Assembly: GCA_023511875.1 (NCBI GenBank)
Contig: JAIMAQ010000003.1
Span: 189,936-253,935 of the forward strand
Direction: 5' to 3'
Length of the DNA: 64,000 bases
Origin: Thermoflavifilum sp.
GTDB taxonomy: Bacteria; Bacteroidota; Bacteroidia; Chitinophagales; Chitinophagaceae
The notes under the pieces were generated by a model that ran no database searches, was not told where the DNA came from, and saw nothing but the letters and a program-made list of their open reading frames with translations. Shown here one piece after another: positions 17,368 to 27,917 of the stretch. The position numbers and the translations under genes were made by a program. Position 1 is the stretch's first letter. Every line of letters starts with the position of its first letter.

Positions 17368-17823
17368 TTAAGGTTGTGGGGATTGAGGCGGAGGCAAAGG
17401 CTGCCCTTCTGGATGTGCGGCGGCAACAGCTGGATGCTGCTGGCCATGATGGCAACTATAACAGGTGATCTTGGCATTCATGTATACATCTACAAAATTG
17501 CCTTTTACACCAAAATATTTGCGATTGATTTTTTTCATCATACGCATCATCTCTCTGGCTTCACGTTTTTCGGGCTTGGCATCAGAAGCAAAATCCATAT
17601 CGCCATTTCCCTTGCTCACGTGGCAGCCACTGCACTTAACACCTAAAGCCTCGCTAAAATCGTGCATGATTTTGATAAGCGAGGCATGATCGATATCTTT
17701 AGGTAAAACTTTTAAGTTTTGTGGATGATGTTCTTGCTGGGGGTTGGGCTGAGTGAAAGCCATGCCTAAGGCTAAAATAAGGGTAATGCTGGCTAATGCT
17801 ATCAACTGACGGTAGTGTATCAT
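17368..17823 (-). CDS. dihaem c-type cytochrome (photosynthetic-reaction-centre cytochrome c subunit-like family)
   Basis: It has a signal/anchor sequence and two CxxCH haem motifs (CSGCH, CYSCH). Confidence 0.7.
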   Translation of the reverse strand: MIHYRQLIALASITLILALGMAFTQPNPQQEHHPQNLKVLPKDIDHASLIKIMHDFSEALGVKCSGCHVSKGNGDMDFASDAKPEKREAREMMRMMKKINRKYFGVKGNFVDVYMNAKITCYSCHHGQQHPAVAAAHPEGQPLPPPQSPQP

Positions 17824-17961
17824 TATTTTTGATTTTCTGCTAAAATAATGTATTTGTTGCTACAAATAATTGATATGAAAAGTTATTTTTTGGTTATAGA
17901 GATAGAAAAAGTCTGAATGAACGGGCATTTGGCAACATGAGTGGTAAAAAAACTAAAAGAT

Positions 17962-19599
17962 ATGCATCAACCATTTTCTGTTAGCGGAAATATTGTTGAC
18001 CTGGTTCATCAACGCATCTATGCGGGCACCCTTGAGGTAGAAAATGGACTGATTAGCCGCATTCGAGAAGACAATACCATTTATCCCCAATACATCTGTC
18101 CAGGATTCATTGATGCCCATGTGCACATTGAAAGCTCCTTGCTCGTGCCAGCAGCCTTTGCTCGGCTGGCTGTGGTGCATGGTACTGTGGCTACCGTTTC
18201 CGATCCTCATGAAATCGCCAACGTCTTAGGCATGGAAGGCGTTTTGTTTATGCTTCAAAATGCGGCATCCGTACCGTTTAAATTCTTTTTTGGTGCACCC
18301 AGTTGTGTGCCAGCCACATCGTTTGAAACGGCAGGAGCCACATTAGATGCCCATGCGGTAGACCAACTTCTTTCTCGCGACGATATCTGGTATCTCAGCG
18401 AAATGATGAATTATCCTGGTGTGCTGCACCGAGATGCTGAAGTGATGAATAAGATTGCATCTGCCCAGCGGCATCATAAGCCTATTGACGGCCATGCTCC
18501 AGGTTTACGAGGAAACGATGCCGCTCAATATGCAGCTGCGGGCATTTCTACAGATCATGAATGCTTTTCCCTTCAGGAAGCCGAAGATAAACTAGCAGCC
18601 GGCATGCATATCATCATTCGCGAAGGGAGTGCTGCACGAAATTTCGAAGCCTTAATCCCTCTCCTCGAGCATTACCCCGACCGCATCATGTTTTGCAGCG
18701 ACGATAAGCATCCCGACAGCTTGGTGGCAGGCCATATCAACGAACTCGTGAGGAGAGCATTGGCAAAACGTCATACACTGTTTCATGTGTTGCGAGCCGC
18801 TTGCTTGAATCCTATCCAGCACTATCGCCTGCCTGTGGGCACACTGCAACCCGGAGATCCCGCCGATTTCATTATCATAGACAATTTTGAAAGGTTAAAT
18901 ATTCTCGCTACTTACATACAGGGCATATGTGTGGCCCAACACGGGCAAACGCTTATTTCACACACTACTACACCCACTCCCAACAACTTTCGAGCGGCTA
19001 AACTTAAACCCGAAGACCTGGAAGTGAAAGCCCCATCGGCTAGCTGCACGATTCGGGTAATAGAAGCTATCGATGGGCAAATTGTAACTGAGGCTTCTCA
19101 AATGCCGGCCAGGATTCAAGAGGGTAAAATAGTGAGCGACCCTCAACGCGACATTTTAAAACTCGTGGTAGTCAACCGATATCGCCCCTCTTCGCCCGCA
19201 GTGGCCTTTATTCGCGGATTTGGGCTGAAAAAAGGAGCTATCGCTTCATCAGTAGCGCACGACAGCCATAACCTGATTGCCGTAGGTACTCACGATGAAA
19301 TGATCCTGAAAGCCCTTCAGGCCATCATGGCTCATGGAGGTGGGTTGAGTGTGGTACATGAACAAAAACAATTAATCTTGCCCTTACCCGTGGCCGGACT
19401 CATGAGTACTGACGAGGGCTATACCGTAGCCAAAAAATACGAACAATTAGATGCCGAGGCAAAAGCCATAGGATCTAAACTCCGGGCTCCATTTATGACA
19501 CTTTCTTTCATGGCACTGCTCGTTATCCCTAAACTTAAACTCAGCGACCAAGGCTTGTTTGACAGCGAAACGTTTCGCTTTACCTCATTGTGTGTTTAA
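17962..19599 (+). CDS. ade: adenine deaminase
   Basis: The amidohydrolase metal motif is GFIDAHVHIESS. The length and the C-terminal adenine-deaminase-type domain fit. The start could be the ATG at 17962 or the GTG at 17941. Confidence 0.8.
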   Translation: MHQPFSVSGNIVDLVHQRIYAGTLEVENGLISRIREDNTIYPQYICPGFIDAHVHIESSLLVPAAFARLAVVHGTVATVSDPHEIANVLGMEGVLFMLQNAASVPFKFFFGAPSCVPATSFETAGATLDAHAVDQLLSRDDIWYLSEMMNYPGVLHRDAEVMNKIASAQRHHKPIDGHAPGLRGNDAAQYAAAGISTDHECFSLQEAEDKLAAGMHIIIREGSAARNFEALIPLLEHYPDRIMFCSDDKHPDSLVAGHINELVRRALAKRHTLFHVLRAACLNPIQHYRLPVGTLQPGDPADFIIIDNFERLNILATYIQGICVAQHGQTLISHTTTPTPNNFRAAKLKPEDLEVKAPSASCTIRVIEAIDGQIVTEASQMPARIQEGKIVSDPQRDILKLVVVNRYRPSSPAVAFIRGFGLKKGAIASSVAHDSHNLIAVGTHDEMILKALQAIMAHGGGLSVVHEQKQLILPLPVAGLMSTDEGYTVAKKYEQLDAEAKAIGSKLRAPFMTLSFMALLVIPKLKLSDQGLFDSETFRFTSLCV

Positions 19600-21560
19600 G
19601 CATTTTGGTCATTGAACGGCTTTGGTGCTGAGGGCTGTTTTTTCATGCGCTCTCTTTCCCAACCCAACAGTTCGCGACCCTTTAAGATGATTTGAATGCC
19701 CTTGCGTCTAAGCCAAATGGAACGCCGAAACACATTTTCCTCTTCCTTCCGCCTATGATAAGCTGTTACAATATTCTGGTACGTAATCAATCCCATCACT
19801 TCCCCAGAAATCGGGTCTACTACGGGTACTACATCGGTCTGGCATTCATCCATGGCATCTACAGCCATACTTAACGTATCGAATGGAGAAACGGCACAAG
19901 GTTTCTGCTCCACCAATTCGGAAATGGGTGTATTGGGAGGATGTGCATGGCTAAAAATATCTTTCCGCCGAACAATACCAACCAGCCGCTCCTGAGCATC
20001 AACTACAACAAAGTTATTCATCTGAGAGGCAAATGCATTCTTTTTGATCCACTCCTTTGCATCTTGAATGGTATTATATGCACTGAGCACATTCACCGCC
20101 TCTCCAATCACATCTTTCACCAACAATTGCTGTAAGATATCTGGCTCATATGTATCGGGGGAATGAATGCCTCGCCGCTCAATTTTTTCGGTGAGAATAG
20201 TTCCTTTCATGAGGAAAAACGAAACGGTATATGCAGCGGTGCAAGCGCCCAAAACCGGCAAAAGACCATGAAGCTGGCCAGTGGTTTCTACCACAAATAC
20301 AATTGAAGTAAGTAATGCTCGAGTGGCACCTGCAAACATAGCCGCCATGCCTACTAAGGCACATATAGACATCTGAATGGGTAAATGAGGAAAAAAATGC
20401 AGCAGATAATAACCCAAAAGTGCACCTAACCCCCCTCCAATGGTAAACAATGGGGCTAAAGTGCCTCCCGAAGTGCCTGATCCTAAAGAAATAAACCAGG
20501 AAAGATATTTAAGTAAAAACAAGACGAGTATTACCGAAAGAGTCACATGCCCCGATAGCAACAAGCGAATATTGTCGTACCCTACCCCCATGGTACTCGG
20601 CGCAAAATAGCCCACCACACCCACTACTATTGCCCCTATCGCTGGCCACCACATCCAGTGAATCTTGGTCTTATCAAACATATCTTCCACCCAGTACACG
20701 CTTTTAGAAACAAACGCCGAGACTATCCCAACAACCAAACCCACAGCCAAATAAATCAATAAAGCCATCCCGCTCGATTCGGGAATGGATGGCATGGCAA
20801 AAATGGGAGTCTGCTCAAACAAAATAAAATGCATCACATCGGCAACAGCACAACTGAGGATAACGGGAATCAACGAACGAGGGGAAAATTCGAAAAGCAA
20901 TAATTCTACTGCCAATAAGGTAGAAGCCAGTGGACTGCCAAAGATAGCCGTCATGCCAGCCGCTGCACCCGCAGCTAACATAATTTTCCGCTCATTATCG
21001 GTGATGCGCATGATTTGTCCAGCCAACGAGCCCAAAGCACCCCCAGTAGAAATAATAGGGCCTTCTGCACCAAATGGTCCACCACTACCTATGGATACTG
21101 CAGAGGAAATAGGCTTTAAAAAAGTAATCACCGGCGGCACCTTACTGCGACCCGCGAGAATACGCTCCATGGCTTCGGGTATTCCATGTCCCCTGATGCC
21201 CGGCGATCCATATCGTGCCATTAACCCCACTACCAATCCTCCAACTATGGGCATCAATACAGTCAACGCCCCCATGTAGGCATTGGTAGGATCAACAGGT
21301 TCAATGGATATTCTTTTGTAAAAACATAGATTAGTAAACAAATTGATGAGCCAAATCATGCCTTTGGCTATAAAGCCAATCAATACGGCATTAAAAATGG
21401 CTTGTAACGCGAGATAAACGACCCTTTGGGAAAAACCGCTGCGCGGGGCTGCAAGTAACTTCCCTTGTGCTTCTCTTAACCCTTCAAAACTGGTGGCAAC
21501 GGGTATTGACTCTTGTTTGCTCGACGATGATGTAGGTTGTGGTTTATTTTTTTCGGACAT
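19596..21560 (-). CDS. ClC-family chloride channel/H+-Cl- exchanger with C-terminal CBS pair
   Basis: The ClC selectivity motifs are GSGGPFGAEGP, GIPE and GxFxP-like. It has multiple TM helices, and the C-terminal ~150 aa is CBS-like. Confidence 0.85.
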   Translation of the reverse strand: MSEKNKPQPTSSSSKQESIPVATSFEGLREAQGKLLAAPRSGFSQRVVYLALQAIFNAVLIGFIAKGMIWLINLFTNLCFYKRISIEPVDPTNAYMGALTVLMPIVGGLVVGLMARYGSPGIRGHGIPEAMERILAGRSKVPPVITFLKPISSAVSIGSGGPFGAEGPIISTGGALGSLAGQIMRITDNERKIMLAAGAAAGMTAIFGSPLASTLLAVELLLFEFSPRSLIPVILSCAVADVMHFILFEQTPIFAMPSIPESSGMALLIYLAVGLVVGIVSAFVSKSVYWVEDMFDKTKIHWMWWPAIGAIVVGVVGYFAPSTMGVGYDNIRLLLSGHVTLSVILVLFLLKYLSWFISLGSGTSGGTLAPLFTIGGGLGALLGYYLLHFFPHLPIQMSICALVGMAAMFAGATRALLTSIVFVVETTGQLHGLLPVLGACTAAYTVSFFLMKGTILTEKIERRGIHSPDTYEPDILQQLLVKDVIGEAVNVLSAYNTIQDAKEWIKKNAFASQMNNFVVVDAQERLVGIVRRKDIFSHAHPPNTPISELVEQKPCAVSPFDTLSMAVDAMDECQTDVVPVVDPISGEVMGLITYQNIVTAYHRRKEEENVFRRSIWLRRKGIQIILKGRELLGWERERMKKQPSAPKPFNDQNA

Positions 21561-21581
21561 TTCCCCTGAGGTTAAAAAACG

Positions 21582-21935
21582 TTATATGCCCCTCTCAGAC
21601 ATGCGCTTTTTTAATTGTAAAACGATATATCGCTGTTCATTTTTCTCCCACTGCATCACACTTCTGACTACTGCTACAAATACCGCAATCATGAGTGCAC
21701 CTAAAGTAATCAGCACCAGATCACCATGAGTAACCAATGCCCGATCGCGCCATCCATCTACCAAAAAATAGGTAATCATCAGCAGGCCAAACACAAGGCC
21801 AAACATCAAATTGATGCCTAACCGGTATTTCCACCTGGGTAGCCGCCGGCGAACCTGCTCCCAATAAAGCAAAAATTGTTCTTCTTGAGGCGTGAGCGTT
21901 TCATTCATGATTTGGGCAAAAATAACAAAATTCAA
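21582..21935 (-). CDS. hypothetical small membrane protein
   Basis: It has two predicted TM helices. It is co-oriented with the ClC gene and 21 nt upstream of it. An alternative start lies at 21908. Confidence 0.45.
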   Translation of the reverse strand: MNFVIFAQIMNETLTPQEEQFLLYWEQVRRRLPRWKYRLGINLMFGLVFGLLMITYFLVDGWRDRALVTHGDLVLITLGALMIAVFVAVVRSVMQWEKNEQRYIVLQLKKRMSERGI

Positions 21936-21972
21936 GCATGAGGCCTAAAGCCTTGTTTACGGAAGTCATCCA

Positions 21973-23076
21973 TTAAGATTGATGGCCAATCCACAAGGCG
22001 CCACCAATGCTATCCCGACTTGCACCCGTTACGGAAGCCAGCGCTGTGCTTTCTTCACGCCACCTTCTGATGGCTAAAAAAGCCATGATAAGAGCTTCTT
22101 TGTATTTCACAAGATCTGCATCGGGCACCTCCACTTCAATCTCCAAGCTACGCAGCCACTGGCTAATGCGTGAGATAAGATATTGGTGAAAAGCTCCCCC
22201 ACCTGTCACCAACATCTTAGCTGGTGCATGGGCTTCTGGGATGCGCTCCCTGACCATCTCTACAGCCTTGGCTATTTGTTGCGCAATATGTTCACAATAA
22301 GTAGCCAAGCGATCTTCCACGGAAAAAGATGAGCTGGCAAGCATGGGCCAAACCTGCTGGCTTACCCATTCGTTTGACAGCGATTTGGGGAAGGGTTTGG
22401 CATAAACGTCGAACTGGTTTAATAGGTCGAGTAGATCAGGCTGTATCTTGCCCTGAGCCGCTAGCCAGCCATCGCGGTCAAAAGGCTGTTGCCGAAGCTC
22501 TGCTAAGCGATTAAGTATCTGATTAGTTGCGCATATATCGAAAGCCACAGGGCGATTACCCATTTGGCAAGTGAGGTTGGCAATGCCTCCTAAGTTGAGC
22601 AACCAGCCATATTCGGCAAACAACCATTTTTCGCCAGCTGGCACCAGCGGCGCTCCTTGTCCGCCTAATGCCACATCCATCATCCGCAACTCACTCACTA
22701 CTGGCAAACCCGTGAGCGCAGCTATCACCGCTCCATTACCCAGCTGATCACTGAAACCTTCTTCTGGGCGATGAAATCCCGTGTGGCCATGCGAACCAAT
22801 CAAATCAACCCGATAATGCAACTCATGGGCGTCTATAAATTCGAGTATTCTTTCTGCAATAAACTTGCCCAATGCTACATCGAGGCGTTTATAAGAAAGC
22901 GCATCCAGCGTAGGGATATGGCGAAGTTGAGTAGCCAGCGCATCTGGATAAGGATAGCAAGTGGCTGCTTCCAAGTAATATTGCCATTTCCCGGATGTTT
23001 CTAAAAATTGCGCATACACGATATCCAATCCATCAACCGAACTGCCCGACATGATGCCGATCGCTTTATAAATCAT
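21973..23076 (-). CDS. anmK: anhydro-N-acetylmuramic acid kinase
   Basis: MIYKAIGIMSGSSVDGLD is the typical AnmK N-terminus. The ORF-track start at 23268 would add 64 non-conserved residues and overlap upp. Confidence 0.85.
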   Translation of the reverse strand: MIYKAIGIMSGSSVDGLDIVYAQFLETSGKWQYYLEAATCYPYPDALATQLRHIPTLDALSYKRLDVALGKFIAERILEFIDAHELHYRVDLIGSHGHTGFHRPEEGFSDQLGNGAVIAALTGLPVVSELRMMDVALGGQGAPLVPAGEKWLFAEYGWLLNLGGIANLTCQMGNRPVAFDICATNQILNRLAELRQQPFDRDGWLAAQGKIQPDLLDLLNQFDVYAKPFPKSLSNEWVSQQVWPMLASSSFSVEDRLATYCEHIAQQIAKAVEMVRERIPEAHAPAKMLVTGGGAFHQYLISRISQWLRSLEIEVEVPDADLVKYKEALIMAFLAIRRWREESTALASVTGASRDSIGGALWIGHQS

Positions 23077-23175
23077 GCTGATCGTTTTGCACAAAATTAT
23101 GGCTTTATCTAAGCCACATCGGGAAACTATCGAAAACTCTGCACTGGTGTACAGTAGATTTTGTATTTTGCCGCC

Positions 23176-23844
23176 ATGAGCGCTCACCAGCCGAATGTAA
23201 TCAACCTCAGCAAGCAATATTCCATTCTTCACGAGTGGATCTATGAAATTCGTTCGGTAGATGTGCAAACCGATCGGATGCGGTTTCGGAAAAATTTAGA
23301 GCGGATTGCCGAAGTGGCGGCTTATGAAATCAGCAAGCATTTGCCTTATGTCAAAAAATTATGTACCACCCCGCTAGGAAATACTCACTGCTGGGTTTTG
23401 GAACAACAGCCAGTGATTGCCACTATTCTGCGCGCTGGTTTGGCTATGCATCAGGGCTTGTTGAATTATTTTGATAAAGCCGATAATGCTTTTGTTTCTG
23501 CTTATCGCAAACATCATGATGATGGCTCATTTGAGATCAGCTTAGAATACCTCTCTTGCCCCTCGCTCGAAGGTCGTTATCTCATCATCTGCGATCCCAT
23601 GTTGGCCACAGGATCTTCTCTGGTAAAAGCCATTCAATTTTTGTTGGAGTGCGGGCAACCCATACAAATCCACGTGATAGCTGCTATCGCCTGTACAGTA
23701 GGAATCGACTATTTGCATAAACATTTTCCCCAAACTGTTGTCTGGGCTGGTGATATTGACGAAGAGCTCACTGCTCGCGGGTATATCGTTCCTGGGTTAG
23801 GCGATGCAGGCGATTTAGCTTATGGCGGAAAGCAACAACAATAA
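23176..23844 (+). CDS. upp: uracil phosphoribosyltransferase
   Basis: The PRPP-binding loop is LIICDPMLATGSS, with C-terminal GLGDAGD. Confidence 0.85.
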   Translation: MSAHQPNVINLSKQYSILHEWIYEIRSVDVQTDRMRFRKNLERIAEVAAYEISKHLPYVKKLCTTPLGNTHCWVLEQQPVIATILRAGLAMHQGLLNYFDKADNAFVSAYRKHHDDGSFEISLEYLSCPSLEGRYLIICDPMLATGSSLVKAIQFLLECGQPIQIHVIAAIACTVGIDYLHKHFPQTVVWAGDIDEELTARGYIVPGLGDAGDLAYGGKQQQ

Positions 23845-23884
23845 AATGTTGTAACTTTCTGTTAAATAATACACAATTCTACAC

Positions 23885-24913
23885 ATGCTTGCGCCCATAC
23901 GAAGAAGATGGTTATGGATTTTTTTGCTGGTGATCTGGGCCACACAAAGCCTAAAGGCACAAGATCCTCATTTTACCCAGTTTTTCGCTTCACCGCTTAC
24001 CCTGAATCCAGCCAATACGGGTCTTTTTTCGGGCATCGGACGTATTGCCGCTAATTACCGTAGCCAATGGGGAAGCATTTCTACTCCTTTTGTTACTGGC
24101 ACTCTCTCGGCCGATTTTAATCTTTTGAAAAATCTCATCCCCGCCAACGATGTTTTGGGTGTAGGGGGCTTGGTGTTGTACGACCAAACGGGCGGCGGAG
24201 GCTTAAAAACGGAATATGCAGCCATGTCGGCTGCTTACCACAAAGCACTAGATGTAGATGGAAATATTACACTTGGCGCTGGCGTGCAAGTAGCTGTGAT
24301 CCAAAAACGGCTAGATTTTTCTAAACTGATTTTTGAAGACCAGCTCACCAGCAATGGATTTGATCCAACACTACCCAGTGGCGAATATATTCCCAACGCT
24401 AGCATCACCTATCCCGATTATGATGTGGGCTTGATTTATAATCAACTCATTGGACAATGGTCGAGTTTTTATGTAGGTACTTCCTATTACCATATCTCTC
24501 AACCACATGAGTCTTTCCTCGGTGCTAATTATCACCTACACTCGCGCTTTACCTTCCATGGAGGAGGCGTTGTGGGTTTTAACTCTTCTACTAGCCTCTA
24601 TCTAAGTGGTTTATACATGAAACAAGGTAGCGCTACCGAAATGGCCATTGGGGGCGCTTTAGGCTTGCTGGTCAATGGCTTACCCGAAACACCTGTAGTA
24701 TTTTATGCAGGAACTTGGTATCGCTATCGCGATGCCGTTAACCCATATGTGGGTCTTCAAATCAACAACTTGCAGGTGGGTATCAGCTACGATGTCAATA
24801 CTTCTAGCCTGCAGGCAGCTTCCTTGCATCGAGGTGGTATGGAGATTTCGTTGATCTATACCTATCCCCCTCCTGGGCCTGATTTGAAGCGCTACAAGTG
24901 CCCACGTTTTTAA
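23885..24913 (+). CDS. PorP/SprF-family type IX secretion system membrane protein
   Basis: It has a signal peptide followed by AQDPHFTQFFASPLTLNPANTG, the hallmark PorP/SprF N-terminal motif. Confidence 0.8.
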   Translation: MLAPIRRRWLWIFLLVIWATQSLKAQDPHFTQFFASPLTLNPANTGLFSGIGRIAANYRSQWGSISTPFVTGTLSADFNLLKNLIPANDVLGVGGLVLYDQTGGGGLKTEYAAMSAAYHKALDVDGNITLGAGVQVAVIQKRLDFSKLIFEDQLTSNGFDPTLPSGEYIPNASITYPDYDVGLIYNQLIGQWSSFYVGTSYYHISQPHESFLGANYHLHSRFTFHGGGVVGFNSSTSLYLSGLYMKQGSATEMAIGGALGLLVNGLPETPVVFYAGTWYRYRDAVNPYVGLQINNLQVGISYDVNTSSLQAASLHRGGMEISLIYTYPPPGPDLKRYKCPRF

Positions 24914-24987
24914 TCATTCACATATAATGATAAATTATACATGAAAAATATTTTAAAATCATATTAATTTGCGAGAAACACTTTATC

Positions 24988-25677
24988 ATGAAAAGGGTCA
25001 GTGAAGATGTGCCTCGATATGATGGTGCGATGGGAAATCAGCTCTTCTTTGAGCCCTCATTGCAAGAGATCTTCGATAAGCTGCCAGCTTTGGTTTATCT
25101 CCGCAATCAGCTTACTGGGGGCATTACTTGGTGCAATAAAGCTACCGAAGACGCCTTTGGATTGCCTGCTCAAACCATATATGCTTTAGGTAATAATTTG
25201 TTTGAACAGATCCTTTATCCAGATGATTTTTATTTAGCCAACCTGAGTAATCAACATTATCACCAGAAAAGTGAAAATTTTGCTGGAGTGATTCGGGTTC
25301 GTCGGGTAGATAGCTCTGTTTACAGATGGTTTGTTGGCATATCTACTCCATTTCGGTTTACGCCAGATGGCAAGGTGTGGCTCACTCTTTGCATTTTTAT
25401 GGATTTTACTTCGGCTGTTTACACACAGCAACAACTGAGTGAAGCCCTTCAACAAACTCTCAGCCAGCGGTACAAAGCCATTCACGATACCCTTACTCCT
25501 CGAGAAAAAGAAATTATTAAGCTCATTGTTGCTGGTTATACCAATAAAGAAATTGCGCAGAAGCTTTTTTTGAGCCGCTACACGGTAGAAGGTTATCGAA
25601 AAAATATTCGGCTCAAACTCAATGTGAATTCTACTCCCCAACTCGTAGCCTTAGCCAAGCAAATCGGATTGGAATAA
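24988..25677 (+). CDS. LuxR-family transcriptional regulator with PAS-like sensor domain
   Basis: The C-terminal HTH is LTPREKEIIKLIVAGYTNKEIAQKLFLSRYTVEGYRKNIRLKL. Confidence 0.8.
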   Translation: MKRVSEDVPRYDGAMGNQLFFEPSLQEIFDKLPALVYLRNQLTGGITWCNKATEDAFGLPAQTIYALGNNLFEQILYPDDFYLANLSNQHYHQKSENFAGVIRVRRVDSSVYRWFVGISTPFRFTPDGKVWLTLCIFMDFTSAVYTQQQLSEALQQTLSQRYKAIHDTLTPREKEIIKLIVAGYTNKEIAQKLFLSRYTVEGYRKNIRLKLNVNSTPQLVALAKQIGLE

Positions 25678-25681
25678 AAAA

Positions 25682-25707
25682 AACCCCAAAAATGGGGGTT
25701 GTTTGTC
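25682..25707 (+). terminator. putative rho-independent terminator
   Basis: The hairpin aacccc-aaaaat-ggggtt, followed by a T-rich stretch gtttgt, lies 5 nt after the LuxR-type gene stop. Confidence 0.5.
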
Positions 25708-25770
25708 TGATTACCCATCGGGTATCTTTGTAAGCTGTTTTACCATTTTTCAAAAAATAAAATATATCCT

Positions 25771-25980
25771 ATGGAAATGAACCTTTACGAAGTGTATCGT
25801 ATACTGGGTATGGAAGATTCGTCTAGCCCCGAAGAAGTCATCTCCCGGTATCGCGAATTAAAACAACAGTATACCCAAATCAAAGAGAGTACAAAAGATT
25901 TGAAAACCCAGATGTTATATCAGCTCAAATTGATTGAGCTTGATGATGCGTATCTATATTTCATTCGACATCATCTTTGA
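25771..25980 (+). CDS. hypothetical small protein (69 aa)
   Basis: An isolated ORF. It has weak J-domain helix II-like similarity (YRILGMEDSSSPEEVISRYRELKQQY) but no HPD tripeptide. Confidence 0.4.
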   Translation: MEMNLYEVYRILGMEDSSSPEEVISRYRELKQQYTQIKESTKDLKTQMLYQLKLIELDDAYLYFIRHHL

Positions 25981-26039
25981 TTCGTGTTCAGATACGATCT
26001 CGGGCTCATCAATCACCAGCAGGTAGTAGTTCGGAAGCG

Positions 26040-26687
26040 TTAACTCTTGTGGTTAACGCTTTCTTTTTTTAGCCCTTTTCCTTTGCTCACCCAGGGATTA
26101 TTTTTTAGGTAAAACCGATAAGGCAAATAAGCATCTTCACCGGCATAGGCAACGCCTACTCGGGTATCGGCAACGATTAATTCGGTGTGGATGGGGTTGG
26201 CTTCCTCGATCCAAATGAGGTTGTCGGTAAGCGATAGACCATTGTGCTGGCGGTAATGGATACCCAAGGCACGGCTTAGACTTCCTGGGCCCGATGTGAG
26301 GGTGTAATCGAGTTGTTGTTTACCCGTTCTTTTTAGCATTTCGGGAATGCCTTCATCGGGCTGCAATGCCCGTATGAGCACGGCATGTGGGATATTGGCT
26401 TCGTTGGTAACCACATTAAACAAGTGATGAATGCCATAACACAGATACACATAGGCTACGCCGCCCGGTTGATATAGGGCCTCGTTGCGGGCTGTACGTC
26501 GGCCCCCATACCCATGTGAAGCCCGATCGGTGATGCCGGCATAAGCTTCGGTTTCTACGATAATTCCGCTGGTGATATGCCCATTCACCCGAGTAACGAG
26601 CCGTTTGCCCAGGAGTTCACGGGCAATTTGCACTACATCAGTGCCGCGGTAAAAAGAAAGCGGTAATTTGCACGAACGGCGATTCAT
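26040..26687 (-). CDS. DNA-3-methyladenine glycosylase (AAG/Mpg family)
   Basis: GIIVETEAYAGITDRASHGYGGRRTARNEALYQPGGVAYVYLCYGIHHLFNVV is the conserved Mpg core. The start is set at ATG 26687. Confidence 0.85.
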   Translation of the reverse strand: MNRRSCKLPLSFYRGTDVVQIARELLGKRLVTRVNGHITSGIIVETEAYAGITDRASHGYGGRRTARNEALYQPGGVAYVYLCYGIHHLFNVVTNEANIPHAVLIRALQPDEGIPEMLKRTGKQQLDYTLTSGPGSLSRALGIHYRQHNGLSLTDNLIWIEEANPIHTELIVADTRVGVAYAGEDAYLPYRFYLKNNPWVSKGKGLKKESVNHKS

Positions 26688-26724
26688 GATGAGCAATTGG
26701 ATTGCAATTTTACAATAATCTGTT

Positions 26725-27456
26725 ATGTGCATGTCCAAACCAATTCCCGTAGGTACCCTATATTTGATTCCTACACCGCTTCATGAGACTGCATTCGACA
26801 GCTTATCGGTTGAAACAAAGCCTTTGTTGAAGCAGATTCCAAATTTTTATGTAGAAAAAGCCACTACCATCAGGCGTTTTTTGAAAAAGTGGATGCCTGA
26901 GCTTCCCTTAGAAACGAAGGTGTGGATAGAGATCCAAAAACATGGAGAGATTGATTTAGAGCCTTTAAGGAGATGGCTAAGCCAAGGTGAGGAGGTAGGG
27001 GTGATGAGCGAGGCCGGATGCCCAGGCATTGCCGATCCAGGTCAATTGCTTGTAGCCGAGGCACATCGGCTGGGAGCCCGCGTAGTACCCATCAGTGGCC
27101 CAAGCGCTGTGATGCTGGCTTTGATGGCTTCGGGGTTTAACGGACAGCTATTTCGCTTCAATGGCTATTTGCCCATACAGGCACGCCGGCGACGCCAGGC
27201 CTTGCTGGAGGGGGAGCGTCGTGTGTGGGAATTAGGAGAAACGCAAATTTTCATTGAAACGCCATACCGCAACATGACTCTCTTGCAAGCTTGCCTACAT
27301 ACCCTGAAGCCCAACACATGGTTGTGCGTAGCGGCTCATCTCACCGCCCCCGATGCCTTGATCATCAGTTCTTCCATTGAGCATTGGAAATCTTTACCTG
27401 TACCGGATATCCATCAAAAGCCGGCTATATGGCTCATTGGCCAGCCCGCTCAATGA
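26725..27456 (+). CDS. SAM-dependent methyltransferase of the tetrapyrrole-methylase/RsmI-like fold
   Basis: GTLYLIPTPL ... SEAGCPGIADPG ... GPSA are RsmI-like motifs. Confidence 0.7.
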   Translation: MCMSKPIPVGTLYLIPTPLHETAFDSLSVETKPLLKQIPNFYVEKATTIRRFLKKWMPELPLETKVWIEIQKHGEIDLEPLRRWLSQGEEVGVMSEAGCPGIADPGQLLVAEAHRLGARVVPISGPSAVMLALMASGFNGQLFRFNGYLPIQARRRRQALLEGERRVWELGETQIFIETPYRNMTLLQACLHTLKPNTWLCVAAHLTAPDALIISSSIEHWKSLPVPDIHQKPAIWLIGQPAQ

Positions 27457-27833
27457 TATTCCAAACTGTCGGGCTTTTCTACATCTAGCAAAGCCGTGGC
27501 AATGGTTGCCGATTCCCCGCGCCAAGGCAGGCGCCCTTTGTAGGTAAGAAGTTTCAATACCACTTCATCACCGCTATAATGCATCAAAGAATCGGCCAGC
27601 GAAGCTCGCTCCACTGAAAAATGCAATTCTCGCTTCGTACTATCACCTTGTTCTAGCGCAGCAGGCAGTATCAATACCCCTTCGTAAGTTTTAAATACAT
27701 ATCCCCGCTGTACAACCGACACCAATATGCCATGCTGAATACTTACCTGATAAGGAGTAAGATACCTAAAGTAAACCAGCGTACCCAACAAGATGAGCAA
27801 AATAAAAATCGTCACAAAACTAAATCGGGCCAT
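27450..27833 (-). CDS. hypothetical membrane-anchored protein
   Basis: 127 aa with an N-terminal TM helix. No recognised motif. Confidence 0.45.
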   Translation of the reverse strand: MARFSFVTIFILLILLGTLVYFRYLTPYQVSIQHGILVSVVQRGYVFKTYEGVLILPAALEQGDSTKRELHFSVERASLADSLMHYSGDEVVLKLLTYKGRLPWRGESATIATALLDVEKPDSLEYH

Positions 27834-27917
27834 CAGGTGAAAAATACAATTTTCTTCACACAGCAGCCAAACCCATCCGCAAAAATGTGATTACCTTAGT
27901 TGTTCAAATAATCAATT

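Noticed and set aside
21561-21581. Fluoride or other riboswitch upstream of the ClC channel gene
   Set aside because: Only 21 nt separate it from the upstream co-oriented gene, leaving no room for an aptamer. The CBS-domain ClC is also not the short fluoride-specific type.
21973-23268. N-terminally extended ORF-track models (anmK to 23268, pheT from 55717, mpg to 26738, sigma from 48937, murF from 37264)
   Set aside because: The extensions are non-conserved and overlap neighbouring genes or a terminator. Each is followed by an in-frame ATG that yields the family-typical N-terminus, so I report shorter models.
25771-25980. J-domain (DnaJ-like) co-chaperone call for the 69-aa ORF
   Set aside because: It resembles only one J-domain helix, the essential HPD tripeptide is absent, and it is too short for a J-domain. 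I left it as hypothetical.
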